Source of the DNA: Chiloscyllium plagiosum
Lineage: Eukaryota
Reading direction: 5' to 3'
Assembly: GCF_004010195.1 (NCBI RefSeq)
Contig: NC_057719.1
Span: forward strand, 27,881,974 to 27,901,973
DNA length: 20,000 bases
The notes under the pieces were generated by a model. It had not been told where the DNA came from. It saw only the letters and a program-made list of their open reading frames with translations, and made no database searches. Made by a program: the position numbers and the translations under genes. Of this stretch, positions 19,684-20,000 are shown piece after piece (positions within the stretch are counted from its first letter, which is position 1; each line of letters opens with the position of its first letter).

Positions 19684-20000
19684 GGAGAAAGTGAGGACTG
19701 CAGATGCTGGAGATCAGAGCTGAAAAAGTGTTGCTGGAAAAGCGCAGCAGGTCAGGCAGCATCCAAGGAGCAGGAGAATTGACATTTCGGGCATGAGCCC
19801 TTCTTCAGGAATGAGGAAAGTGTGCCAAGCAGGCTAAGATAAAAGGTAGGGAGGAGGGACTTGGGGGAGAGGCGTTCGAAATGCGATAGGTGGAAGAAGG
19901 TTAAGGTGAGGGTGATAAGGTGAGGGTGATAAGCCAGAGTGGGGGTGGGGCCGTAGAGGTCAGGAAGAAGATTGCAGGTTAGGAAGGTGGTGCTGAGTTC
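19684..20000 (-). mobile_element. 3' end of a longer family A Penelope-like element, continuing beyond the window
   Basis: 19684-19810 is nearly identical to the arms at 866-1094. It continues into a C/T-rich (minus strand) UTR-like region. The hammerhead core CUGAAGA (19808-19802)...GAAA-UGUC shows CpG-type decay in helix III. Confidence 0.85.

Overview
This is vertebrate genomic DNA, most likely from a cartilaginous fish (shark). That assignment is inferred from recalled repeat families: an HE1/V-SINE-like SINE, CR1, L2 and Penelope-type 3' ends. A CpG island at ~13.7-14.5 kb carries a promoter rich in CRE, GC-box and YY1-like motifs. It has two predicted minus-strand exons, the second with a candidate ATG (MQAPGTEKK...). 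I cannot name the gene, and most of 1-14,000 is probably its intron. The rest is a mosaic of decayed transposons: an L1 ORF2 fragment, two solo LTRs, and several CR1, L2 and SINE fragments. The most interesting signal is a set of seven short Penelope-like (PLE) terminal elements from about three families. Several carry minimal hammerhead-ribozyme cores (CUGANGA...GAAA) whose helix III is a covarying palindrome (ACGU vs AGCU). Four of the seven are inserted as miniature fold-back units with 11-14 bp target-site duplications (TSDs). No intact long protein-coding ORF is present, and most of the ORF track is repeat-derived or spurious.
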